NCBI RefSeq assembly: GCF_035084215.1
Contig: NC_090325.1
Coordinates: 186,000,001 to 186,064,000, forward strand
Direction of reading: 5' to 3'
DNA: 64,000 nucleotides
Source: Heptranchias perlo
Lineage: Eukaryota
Positions within the stretch are counted from its first letter, which is position 1. The number at the start of each line of letters is the position of its first letter. A program made the translations under genes and the position numbers. Below the pieces are notes generated by a model. The model was not told the DNA's origin. It saw only the letters and a list, made by a program, of their open reading frames with translations, and searched no databases. This document shows positions 24,976 to 35,690 of this stretch, in pieces.

Positions 24976-25295
24976 TGTGTACATGTAGACGTGCATCTAG
25001 CATTGTCTCTGACACCATAGTTATGCCAAAATCTGCCAGGAAATGCCAGGCCAATGGCGTCATGTGAACAACAGCAAGAGAAGGTTTACATATCTGTATC
25101 TGTACATGTAGACGTGCATCTAGCATTGTCTTATAACTATCCCCTTCAAACTGGTGCATAGAACCCTGGCTAATGAGGATTAAACCACAATGAGGGGGGA
25201 ATCCTTGCAGACTCCTCGCCATAAATCTCTTGATCAGGTTAAAGGGAATAAACTCTAATAACCTGGGATAGTTTTCATACAGATAGGTCAACATA
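24976..25295. repeat. Templated patchwork at the 5' junction of the Penelope-like element
   Basis: 24977-25005 = revcomp of 24531-24559; 25007-25088 = exact copy of 23897-23978; 25088-25098 = 24965-24975; 25101-25278 = revcomp of 24381-24558 (1 mismatch); 25278-25285 = revcomp of 24968-24975; 25283-25295 = 24957-24969. Confidence 0.95.
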
Positions 25296-26232
25296 CCGCA
25301 AGCCCACGGACAACCTCACGATGCTCCACTTTTCCAGCTTCCACCCTAACCACGTCAAAGAGGCCATCCCCTATGGACAGGCCCTGCGAATACACAGGGT
25401 CTGCTCAGACGAGGAGGAACGCGATGGACACCTACAGACGCTGAAAGACGCCCTAGTAAGAACGGGATATGACGCTCGACTCATCGATCGACAGTTCCGA
25501 CGGGCCACAGCAAAAAATCGCATAGACCTCCTCAGGAGACTAACACGGGACGCAACCAACAGAGTACCCTTTGTCGTCCAGTACTTCCCCGGAGCGGAGA
25601 AACTACGCCATGTTCTCCGCAGCCTTCAACATGTCATCAATGAGGACAAACACCTCGCTATGGCCATCCCCACACCTCCACTACTCGCCTTTAAACAGCC
25701 ACCCATCCTCAAACAGACCATCGTTCGCAGCAAATTACCTAGCTTTCAAGAGAACAGCGTCCACGACACCACACAACCCTGCCACGGTAACCTCTGCAAG
25801 ACATGCCAGATCATCGACACAGATACCACCATCACACGAGAGGACACCACCCACCAGGTGCATGGTTCATACTCCTGTGACTCGGCCAACGTTGTCTACC
25901 TCATACGTTGCAGGAAAGGATGCCCCAGAGCATGGTACATTGGCGAGACCATGCAGACGCTGCGACAACGGATGAACGGACACCGTACAACAATCGCCAA
26001 ACAGGAGGGTTCCCTCCCAGTCGGGGAACACTTCAGCAGTCATGGACATTCATCCACCGACCTTCGGGTAAGCGTTCTCCAAGGCGGCCTTCGAGACACA
26101 CGACAACGCAAAATCGTCGAGCAGAAATTGATAGCCAAGTTCCGCACCCATGAGGACGGCCTCAACCGGGATCTTGGGTTCATGTCACGCTACACGTTAC
26201 CCCACCAGCGAACAAATGTTATCTGTTTTTAA
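25294..26232 (+). CDS. Partial Penelope-like ORF: RT thumb, Cys-rich linker and GIY-YIG endonuclease
   Basis: Uninterrupted frame from tac at 25294 (9 codons before the annotated ATG at 25321) to the stop. Contains IPYGQALRIHRVCS, linker PCHGNLCKTC, and GIY-YIG NVVYLIRCRKGCPRAWYIGET...RQRMNGH...E...GLN. Confidence 0.92.
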   Translation, partial: YRKPTDNLTMLHFSSFHPNHVKEAIPYGQALRIHRVCSDEEERDGHLQTLKDALVRTGYDARLIDRQFRRATAKNRIDLLRRLTRDATNRVPFVVQYFPGAEKLRHVLRSLQHVINEDKHLAMAIPTPPLLAFKQPPILKQTIVRSKLPSFQENSVHDTTQPCHGNLCKTCQIIDTDTTITREDTTHQVHGSYSCDSANVVYLIRCRKGCPRAWYIGETMQTLRQRMNGHRTTIAKQEGSLPVGEHFSSHGHSSTDLRVSVLQGGLRDTRQRKIVEQKLIAKFRTHEDGLNRDLGFMSRYTLPHQRTNVICF

Positions 26233-26449
26233 TATAACGGGTCAGTTGCTGTCTTTTCTATGTTTCTACCTCTCTATCTCTGTTTTTTTTTGTTTGTTGT
26301 TTTTTTTTTGGTGATTTGTATATTCTGTGAGACCTGGCAGGTAACACCTGTCTGTCTGCACACTGATTGCCTTGGCAACGGGCAGTTGAAAAAACTGTCT
26401 GTACTCAATTATAAATGCGATTTCATTTCGAGGATTTCATTTCACATCG

Positions 26450-26488
26450 TTCACCTGACGAAGGGGGAAGCCTCCGAAAGCTTGTGAA
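26450..26488 (+). ncRNA. Minimal type I hammerhead ribozyme
   Basis: ttcac (stem I), CTGACGA core, a, ggggg/aag/cctcc (stem II with one G-U pair), GAAA, palindromic stem III inside AAGCTT, NUH triplet CTT, then gtgaa (stem I'). Confidence 0.88.
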
Positions 26489-26493
26489 TTTAA

Positions 26494-26499
26494 AATAAA
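26494..26499 (+). promoter_or_regulatory. Polyadenylation signal in the element's pseudo-LTR
   Basis: AATAAA 5 nt downstream of the hammerhead. Confidence 0.55.
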
Positions 26500-26769
26500 A
26501 TTGCTGGACTATAACTTGGTGTTGTAAAATTGTTTACAATTGTCAACCCCAGTCCATCACCGGCATCTCCACATCATATCTGTAATGAATGATGGCCAGC
26601 TAATTGTTGGAAGGGTACTCTGAGGCATTGAGTATCATCTACCTTAATTGTTCTTCTAGAGCTACTGAGATTACCTTTTGTTCCAGAACCATCTCAGCCT
26701 TCTGTGAGTAAGCTGATGAGCTTAATATTCAGTTGTGTTATTTGTGAAGTCTCATGTTATAGTAGAAGC

Positions 26770-27208
26770 TAGGCTCAGTGGTACTCTCACTCTAAGTCAG
26801 AAAGTTGTGGGTTTAAACCCCATTCCAGGACTTGAGGACATAATCTAGTTTGACGGTTCAGTGCAGTAATGAGGGAGTGCTGCATTGTGGAAGGTGCTGC
26901 TTTTCAGATGAGGTGTTAAATCAAGGTTCTGTCTGCCTGTTCAGGTGGATGTAAAAGATCCCATGGCACTATTTGAAAGAAGAGCAAGGGAATTCTGAGG
27001 TGTCCTGACCAATATTTATCCCTCAACCAACACCACCAAAAGCAGATTATCTAGTCATTTATCTCATTGCGGTTTGTGGGACCCTGCTGTGCACAAATTG
27101 GCTGCCATGTTTGGCTACACAACAGTAGCACTTCAAAGGTAATACATTGGCTGTGAAGTGCTTTGGGATATCCTGAGGATGAGAAAGGCACTATATAAGT
27201 GCAAGTTC
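26770..27208 (+). mobile_element. DeuSINE, near full length
   Basis: Head ggctcagtggtactctcactctaagtcagaaagttgtgggtttaaaccc, Deu-like core and L2-type tail. Confidence 0.85.
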
Positions 27209-27399
27209 ATTCTTCTTTCTTTTTCATATTCAATGATAATGCAACTGTTTTTGTCAATGGAAGATGGGGGAGGTGAGGAGCAATAATTGGGGTGATAGCA
27301 CTGCTGAGAAAAATTTCCTATGCATATGAGATTTACTGTGGATTCTAACCAATTTATTTAATCTTCTGAGGGGGTAAATAATTTCAGATAAAACATCCA

Positions 27400-27958
27400 A
27401 AGAAGATTATGATGAATCTTTTATAAAACTCTGGAGTACTGGGCACACTTTAGGAAGGATGTGAAGGCCTTAGAGAGGGTACAGAAAAGATTTACTAGAA
27501 TGGTTCCAGGGATAAGGGACTTCAGTTACATGGAGAATCTCGGGTTGTTCTCCTTAGAGCAGAGAAGGTTAAGAGGAGATTTAATAGAAGTGTTCAAAAT
27601 CATGAAGGGTTTAGATAAAGTAAATAAAGAGAAACTGTTCCCATTGGTGGAAGGGTCGAGAACCAGAGGACACAGATTTAAGGTGACTGGCAAAAGAACC
27701 AAAGGCAACACGAGGACAAACTTTTTTACGCAGCGAGTAGTTATGATCTGGAATGCGCTGCCTGAACGTTTGATGGAAGCAGATTCAACCGTAGATTTCA
27801 AAAAGGTATTGGGATAAATATTTGAAGGGAAAAAATTTGTAGGACTACGGGAAAGAGCAGGGGAATGGGACTAACTGGATTGCTCTTACAAAAAGCCAGC
27901 ATGGGCTTGATGGGCCGAATGGCCTCCTTCTGTGCTGTAACCATTCTATGATTCTATG
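27400..27958 (+). mobile_element. CR1 LINE 3' fragment
   Basis: ALERVQKRFTRMVPG...[22 protein letters not shown]...RTRGHRFK; tail attctatgattctatg. Confidence 0.9.
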
Positions 27959-28529
27959 ACTTGTGAAGTAACCCTCTCCCAACTCCTCTTCTGTAAGGGG
28001 TCAAATTAGATCTTGTAACCAGGACTACTTTAAGCTTTCTGTGTTATCTGAAGACATGAGAACATAGTGCTGGAAGTTGAGATGTGCTCTCAGTGGTTCT
28101 TAAGGAATAATTATGTTGGCTAAGCTGATGTTTGCTGGCCCACTTTTGAAAGGGCATGGGCTGCTGATATGTAGAGCAGCTGTCTTGGTTCTTTGGTGTC
28201 TTTCTCATGCCAAGTCTTAAACCCATTTGCTTCTAGGGGTTCACTGCTGTACCAGCTGGAGAAAAGAGCAGACATAAAAAGATAAAAGACTTGCATTTAT
28301 ATAGCACCTTTCACGACCTCAGGACGTCCCAAAGTTCTTCTCAGGCAATGAAGTACTTTTGAGGTGTAGTCACAGTTGTAATACAGGACCCTGGTGTATC
28401 TTCAGTGAGGCACATGCTAGGATGTCTGCCTCTGCTGCTCTTATAGGTGGTGCTAAAAGTTCTATGACCAAGACAATGAGTACTGAGGACAGGAGACAAC
28501 AGTCTCAGTATGGGGAAGCACAACTGGCT

Positions 28530-29240
28530 TCATCACCCTCCCCGACCACTGTCTCTCGTGCCTGGACCAGACCACTCGCAACCTTTGCATCCTATTCAGC
28601 CTTGAGCTTAGCTTCTGACCCCATATCCTCTCCATCACAAAGACTGTATTTCCATCTGCTCTACCCCTACCTGAGCCCATCTGCCACTGAAATCCTCATC
28701 CATGCCTTTGTCACCTCCAGACTTGACTATTCCAATGCTCGCCTGGTCAACAGTCCTCTGCCCTCCAGAAACTTCAGCTCATTCAAAACTCTGCTGCCCG
28801 TATGCTATCCTGCACCAAATCCTGCTCACCCATCACTTCTGTCCTTACTGACCTAAATTAGCTTCCATGCCCCCAACACCTCAAATTTTCATCCTCGTTT
28901 TTAAATCCTTTCATGGCCTCACCCCTCCTTATCTCTGTAAACTCATCCAGCCCGACAACCCCTCTCGAACTCTACATTCCTCTGACTCTGGTCTCTGGAC
29001 CCACTGTTCGCCCCATCACTGACAGCCATGCCTTCAGCCGCCGGGCCCCACACTCTGGAATTCCTTTCCTAAACCCCTCTGCCTCTCCACCTTCCTTTAA
29101 GGCCCTTCTTAAAACCCACCTCTTTGACCAAGCTAATAACTCCTTATTCAGCTTGGCATCCATTTTTTTGATTACCTCTCTGTGAAATGCTTTGGGATGT
29201 CTTTCTATGTTAAAGGTGCTATATAAAGGCAAGTTGTTGT
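28530..29240 (+). mobile_element. L2 LINE ORF2 C-terminal fragment plus 3'UTR
   Basis: LSPSATEILIHAFVTSRLDYSNA and FKALLKTHLFDQA are characteristic L2 motifs. Tail aaaggtgctatataaaggcaagttgttgtt. Confidence 0.88.
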
Positions 29241-29599
29241 TGGCTGGGTAGCGCCCTATAGTCTGTCAGTGCCATTTTTCCAGAGTTTGGAGACACCTGA
29301 TCAAGTTCCAGTCTGAAGTTCCAGTTCTCACTAAAGGTGAAGGAGCTGCTACAGAATGCATGCAGTCCCTACTCATAACTAATATCACCAAAGGCTTCGG
29401 AGGAAGAATTGTAACTCATTTTGCAGGTGACCAAGAGATGACCAATTAGATAGTAACGTCAATACAGGAACCACAGATTTTTTTTATAACTACTTCATTT
29501 TCAGCTAGATTTCGAGAGGTAAATTATTTTGAATATAAAACATTTCCCCATATCTTTTCTACTCTTTTAATTTGTCAAGACTCCTTTGAATGATATCCA

Positions 29600-30070
29600 T
29601 CTCTGTTATGCTGATTATATGGCTATATACAGGAAGTATTCTCTTCTATATTATTTATGAATAGTTTGAACAGCAGGGAATCTATAATGTGTGGAACTTC
29701 TGAAAGCCCACGTAAGACATGTCCATTGGATAGTTCTCACATGCAGGTGTAAGAACTCCATTAGATTTGTGAGGCATGACCAATTGCTTTGAATATCCTG
29801 ATGATTCATCTCTTTAGTCTCTGTGCCTTTCAGATGAACTTTGATATCCCATCAAATGCTCCTGAGCATGTTATCAAATGTTGATGTTAGACTAACCGAT
29901 TTAAAATTCTCTGATTCAAGTGTGACTCCTTTTCTAAATGTCAGAAAATCAACACTCGCTAAAGGTCTCATGTAGTAATATCATGAGTCGATCCTGACTC
30001 ATGAATATAAGACTCCTTTTTTATTTATTCATCAAATGCCCTCATTTCATTCCAAATTCATCTATTGACA
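29600..30070 (-). mobile_element. Highly diverged CR1 RT-domain relic
   Basis: Reverse translation FRKG...ENFKSVSLTS...WSCLTNLMEF...YVGFQK parallels FKKG...NYRPVSLTS...SCLTNLLEF...YLDFQK at 58.9-59.2 kb. Confidence 0.65.
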
Positions 30071-30159
30071 AATTATTCTTATTAACATCTTACTTCCTCT
30101 TAACTCCATGGAGGTAATTCTCACCTTCACTGCTCGGATGGTAACCTGATCGAGCAGAG

Positions 30160-30470
30160 ACAGATCCCATGGCAATATTTGAAGAAGAGCAGGGAGTTCT
30201 CCTGATGTCCTGGCCAACATTCATCTCTCAACCAACAAAAGAAAAGAAAGACTTGCATTTATATATCGCCTTTCACAACCTCAAGGACGTCCCAAAGTGC
30301 TTTACAGCCAATTAAATACTTTTGAAGTGTAGTTACTGTTCTAATGTAGGAAACATGACAGCCAATTCACATAACAGCAAAGTCCCAAAACCAATAATCT
30401 GTTTTAGTGGTGTTGATTGAGGGATAAATATTGGCCAGGACACCGGGGAGAACTCTCCTGCTCTTCTTCG
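30160..30470. mobile_element. Two DeuSINE fragments, tail to tail
   Basis: 30160-30236 is the core on the plus strand. 30250-30470 is tail plus core on the minus strand. Confidence 0.75.
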
Positions 30471-32194
30471 AATTAGTTATGACATATTTTTGTCATGACA
30501 AAACAGCATGACACACTGCTGTATTTCAATACAGTTTATATTATTGCCAAATACTGTCTCTTCTGGCGGAAGATAGTTAACCAAAATCATAAGTCATCAA
30601 AATGATGCCTATCTTAGTAAGTTGTGTAAATGACACTCATTGCAGGTCTAATGCTCTTTTTACCTCAAAAAAAGTTTTCACAAACCTTTTCATGAAGAAA
30701 ACAACAATCATTTGTATTTATATAGTGCCTTTAACATATTTGATGACATTCTTGGGGGAACAAGCCCTTGGGTTTTGCGAGGTGAGAAAGACCGTGAAGA
30801 TAAGCATACAATCTTACTATACGGTGTCATCAGATATGGACCTGCCACATATATAGGAGTGAACAGACCAGGGCCTAGAACAAACAATGCCCCTGAACGG
30901 GTAGGCCCAAGGGGCAGCGGATATTGGGCCTCAGGCCAGTGAAGAGGCTTCGAATTTTGGGCCATTGTGTCGCCAGCAGCGGCCCTCAGGTAGGTCGTTA
31001 AAGGGAAAGGGGTTGCAATTGGGAGGGGGGTGAGGGGAAAGTGAGGGCGATTGGGTAACGGAACGGGGGCACGATCAAGATATCAGGAGCTCTCCTGCTC
31101 TTCCGAGCTCCACATTCAGATAAGTATTTTTTACAAACTTACCTTTCTGGTGGTGGCCTGCAGCGGTCCCTTTAAAGATCACCTGTTAGGCCGCATGTAG
31201 ACAGGTTCAGGGAAATCCAATTTTACACAGGGGGCCTCAAACAGGCTCCTTATTTGCAGTTGAAAAAGGGCCTAACGTCTGTTTCAGGTGCGAGCCCTGG
31301 AGGCCTTTTTTTGGCATACACCAACTTGGCAGGCGGCAAACTTCCAGCTCATAATGAGCGCGCATATTCTGCCCGCCATACTGGAGGTCTACCCGCCCAT
31401 TTAGTGCCAAAAAAAGGGCACAGTGCCATCAAATTTTCAGGCCCAGTTGTTACCAACTCTAAACAAATGGTCCTGAAGAACACTCTCTTAACATGGACAT
31501 AATACCCTGGGTTTTCCAAACATGCCTGCCTGATTATTGGTCAATCTGATCAGAAATGTAGGTGGAGATTAGTTATGCAAGATCCCCGCCCACTTTTCAA
31601 AACATGCAATTTCCTTTGGGTGGGGATCACCATGGTAACATATACCTAGGTCAAACAGGGGGGAGCTTTATTTACATAGTATTTACATAGAATTTACAGC
31701 ACAGAAACAGGCCATTCGGCCCAACAGGTCAAATATTTAAATATAAATATATAAATATTAATTTGGGAACAGTGATATTCTGTTGGATATCAATAGCACT
31801 CTTCCATTCCTGTCACTCCAAAATCTGTTTCTAACCATTCGGGTGCAAACTACACCCACTTTGGATAGCCTACGTGAACATGCCTACATAAATGTGAAAT
31901 TGACCAGTTCGTACTGACTGAGAAATGAATGAATTTCAAACTGCCCATTTGCGTTGCCTTAATCAATAATGCTGTTATTTTTACAGGCGCAGAACAGAAG
32001 GATAAGATTGGCAACTGCAATGTGAAAGGTTTTGGGCCTAATGCGTTTGGAGAGGACTACCAACCAAGAGATATGTACGATATTAAAGTAGATTCTATGA
32101 TTTGGTCCAAAGTGTCCACGCACACTGAGTGCTTTTAATAGGTCATTGAATGACAATACAATAATCAAATGGAAAATGTGCTTCTGTAATCATA

Positions 32195-32886
32195 GGGCCA
32201 AATCATGCTGGAAAAATAATGGCATTATTAATGCACAAATCGGCCAACAAGTTCAGGGGATTAAGAGATAGGTCATGAGTATTGAATGTCCAGAACTTGC
32301 TGGTCGATTTACCTCACTCCGCTGTTTGCTTCGTGCAAACGGCATCGCACCCTTAGCCTCCCAGTGTTATTTTTAAGAACTTGCTGGATTTGCACATTAA
32401 TTGCCCATTAAACTCATCACAGAAAGTTAGGGCTGGTAATTAAGAGCGTAAGTACCTTATTAACAACGTGATCATTGTTAATGCAATGCCAATCAACCTC
32501 TTTGGCCCAGAAAGGGAACAATTTAAACTGTTCAGTCTCATTTCTGCATGTGGTAAATTCTCCTTAGAGATTTAAAATTTTTACATTTTTTTTCCCTCTT
32601 AATTCCAACTTTCCATCCAACTCTTTATTTCTTTCTGTACCTGATTTGACTCTAATTCACCCTCCTTCTCCATTGTTCCTCTGTTTCTTCCTCAATCCTT
32701 AAATCTCATTGGTTAAGGAGATAGACTGTTGGTCCCACCATTCACTAATGTCCTAGACACTGCCCTCGCCACACCATTATCAGCTCGCACTTCCAGAAAG
32801 TTAAGGCGCAAAACATTTTCGAGCTAAAGGGTGAGGGAAAAAAATCTAACTAACAGCATACGCCCCACTCCAGCAAGACTTGGCCC
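32195..32886. mobile_element. ~690-bp non-autonomous DNA transposon with 18-bp TIRs
   Basis: gggccaaatcatgctgga matches the reverse complement of 32869-32886, gggccaagtcttgctgga, at 16/18 positions. The interior is homologous to 45958-46644. Confidence 0.75.
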
Positions 32887-33055
32887 ATTATTGCCCCTCT
32901 CCTTTCTTCACGGAGTGAGGAATAGTCAGCACAGCAACAGCAGTTTCCAAACATAATTTCACCAAGCACCAGTTCAAATAAAAGCACCTTGTGACATTTC
33001 GTGTTCAACAATATACTGCCTGAAACTGAGGGCCCTGGTAACGAAGGGCCAGAAC

Positions 33056-33283
33056 ACGTAGGAACATAGGAACAGGAGTAGGCCATTCAGCCCCTCGTGC
33101 CTGCTCCGCCATTTGATAAGATCATGGCTGATCTGTGATCTAACTCCATATACCTGCCTTTGGCCCATATCCCTTAATACCTCTGGTTGCCAAAAAGCTA
33201 TGTATCTCAGATTTTAATTTAGCAATTGAGCTAGTATCAATTGCCGTTTGCGGAAGAGAGTTCCAAACTTCTACAACCCTTTG
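33056..33283 (-). mobile_element. CR1 LINE 3' end
   Basis: Near-identical antisense to 47290-47515. Confidence 0.88.
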
Positions 33284-33352
33284 TGATGAGGGGCAAGAGG
33301 TCCAGTGGGCTGTTTGAGCCTCTTCAGTTGACTCTGGCTATTGACTTAGTGG

Positions 33353-33785
33353 TGTCAGCCATGGCTCAGTGGGTAGCACTCTCGCCTCTAAGTCAGAAGG
33401 TCATGGGTTCAAGCCCCTACACCAGAGACTTGAGCACAAAATCCATGCTAAGGGAGTGCTGCACTGTGGGAGGTGACGTCTTTTGGATGAGACGTTAAAC
33501 TGAGGCCCGGTCTTCCCTCTCAGGTGGACGTAAAAGATCCCATGGCAGTATTTCGAAGAAGAGCAGGGGAGTTCTCCCCGGTGTCCTGGCCAATATTTGT
33601 CCCTCAACCAACATCACTAAAACAGATTTTCTGGTCATTATCTCTTCGCTATTTGTGGGACCTTGCTGTGCGCAAATTGGTTGCCGCATTTCCGACATTA
33701 CAAGAGCGACTACACTTCAAAAAATATTTCATTGGCTGCACAGCACCTTGGGACGTCCTGAAAGGCACTATTTCAATGCAAGTTC
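33353..33785 (+). mobile_element. DeuSINE
   Basis: tRNA-like head, Deu-like core and L2-type tail. Confidence 0.85.
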
Positions 33786-34639
33786 TTTTTCTCTTTGCTT
33801 TTAAAAACAGGATGTGTTGAGTTGTAACTTGCCTCCTTATAACGAATACCATAGCAGTGGAACTTGGTGCGATAGATTGCTGCAAGAAGCCATGATTGAC
33901 TTCAGCTTGCTTATATATGCATAGAAACAGGCATGGGGGAGAATATACAACTGCCTTCTGTTCTATGCTTAGAGAGATCAGGAAGACCTGATCTCCACAG
34001 AAGCAGGGAGTTAGCATTTCTGGCACTGGCAGTTCAAAGATGTTACATCGATTTACATAAAGAACTGCATCTGAAAGCACGGAGCTCACATCGATTCAAG
34101 GGAAGGGCTGACCCCGGCAGTGATGTGTGTATATCAGAGGAGATCACACATGGAGGCAAGATATGATGTCGCTATCTTGATGACCAGCAGATTGGGGAAA
34201 TCATCAAGGGTAAAAGCTCTGGCTGCCCCGAGGCCTGCTCTGGAAGTCTCTGCAGAGGTGTACGTAGGTGGATGTGTGGTGAAACAGAGCTTTAGTTACC
34301 TGTGTAATGCGACAGTGAGCAGTATTGCAGCTATCTCCTGAGATGTCCCTTGTAGGTTGTTAAGTCGAGGGCAGTGGCACATTTCACTGCCACCAGTAGG
34401 GCAGTGTGGGTGGTTGATGGTCGCTATAGGTCCTCACAGACCAAGTGATCTCCCTAATGAGGCTGAGCTTCTTCATAGAACATTCCCCCTTCATACCCAG
34501 GTAGCTGGATCTGAAGCAGCAGACTGGCCCCAATTTAATCTGTGACTCACACATCTTTTCACTCTGGGATCTTGTGCTCTCCATTTCCTGTCACACTGGT
34601 GATCAAGTCTCTGTCAAATTGACAGATGAGTGCCAGCGA

Positions 34640-35075
34640 TTTTTATTCTCGGGGTGTGGGTGCAGCTGGCAATGCCGGCATTTATTGCCCACCTATAGTT
34701 GCCCTGAGAAGGTGGGGGCGGGCTTTCTTGAACTGCTGCAGTCTGTGGGGTGTAGGTCATGTTATTCTTTGTAGTGGTTTGATATAACTGAGTGGCTTGT
34801 GAGGCTACTTCAGAGGGCAGTTAAGAGTCAACCACATTGGAGTGGGACTGGAGCCACATATAGGCCAGACAGGGTACGGATGGCAAGTGTCCTTCCCTAA
34901 AGGATATTAGTGAACCAGTTGGGTTTTTACGACAATCCAACAGCCTCATGATCACTTTTACTGACACCAGCTTTTTATTTCCAGAATTTTTAATCCAACT
35001 CAATTTCTCTAGATTATTAGTCCAGGCCTCTGGATTACTAGTCCAGTAACATAACCACTACACTACCGTACCCCT
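34640..35075 (-). mobile_element. tRNA-SINE family B
   Basis: Antisense to 15755-16145. The head end is at accactacactaccgtaccc. Confidence 0.8.
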
Positions 35076-35079
35076 GTGG

Positions 35080-35690
35080 GTGTGCTGATGGGAGAAGTAT
35101 ACAATTCTGGCAGCACATATCCCACTGACAGCCAGATGAGGTGGGTAGATGAATGGCTTTGCATGTCAGGGCATTTGGCAGCCAGACCTTGCAACGTCTT
35201 AGCCTCAAACTCATTCAAATCGACATACTGCCATAGTGGTCTGTCGGTGGCTGTGTCTTCCCAAGTGTTGGGGTTAATGCTGCAAGATTTGTGAGGTGGC
35301 CGTTGGTATGTCTTTGTAGCTTTTCATCTGCCCACCTCTGACTTCTGCGTCTGGACTGCAGCTGGCCATAGAAGACATCATTGGGAATTTTATAATCAGG
35401 TACCGCCCAAGTTTCCAGATCAACACACCTGGACCTTTTCCGATCATGGCCTCAGTTCCAGTTATGTTGCAATGCTTCTTGACACCAATCAGTGTTAGGC
35501 ACCCTGTGCCGCCACTTGATGCCAGCGGTATGTCGTAGACAGCGCAAGTGGAAACGGTCAAGTTGCTTGACATTACAAATCCACGACTCTGATGCATGTA
35601 GTAGAGTGATGAGGCCAACAGCTTGGTATATAGTGACATTTGTTACACTTAGATAGAGTGGGCAATGCCACCTTAATACACCATCCACAT
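35080..35690 (-). mobile_element. RTE-clade LINE ORF C-terminal relic
   Basis: TIYQAV..TLLHASESW...LDRFHLRCLRHTAGIKWRHRVPNTD, RGGQMKSYKD and NTWEDTATDRPLW match RTE/BovB-type C-terminal motifs in order. Confidence 0.8.

Larger units (their letters stand above)
25294..26577 (+). mobile_element. 5'-truncated Penelope-like retroelement (Neptune-type)
   Basis: RT C-terminal motif YRKPTDNLTMLHFSSFHP, a GIY-YIG domain, a pseudo-LTR with hammerhead and AATAAA, and a target duplication catatctgta at 24966-24975 and 26575-26584. Confidence 0.93.

Noticed and set aside
24962-25294. 110-aa minus-strand ORF with an internal repeat (TMLDARLHV)
   Set aside because: It is a by-product of the templated junction patchwork and starts at a non-ATG codon.
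25371-26153. Overlapping alternative-frame and antisense ORFs inside the Penelope ORF
   Set aside because: They are shadows of a GC-rich coding frame with no recognisable motifs.
33860-34340. Possible decayed Harbinger transposase fragment
   Set aside because: Only a vague resemblance (VYQRRSH), with no catalytic motifs visible.
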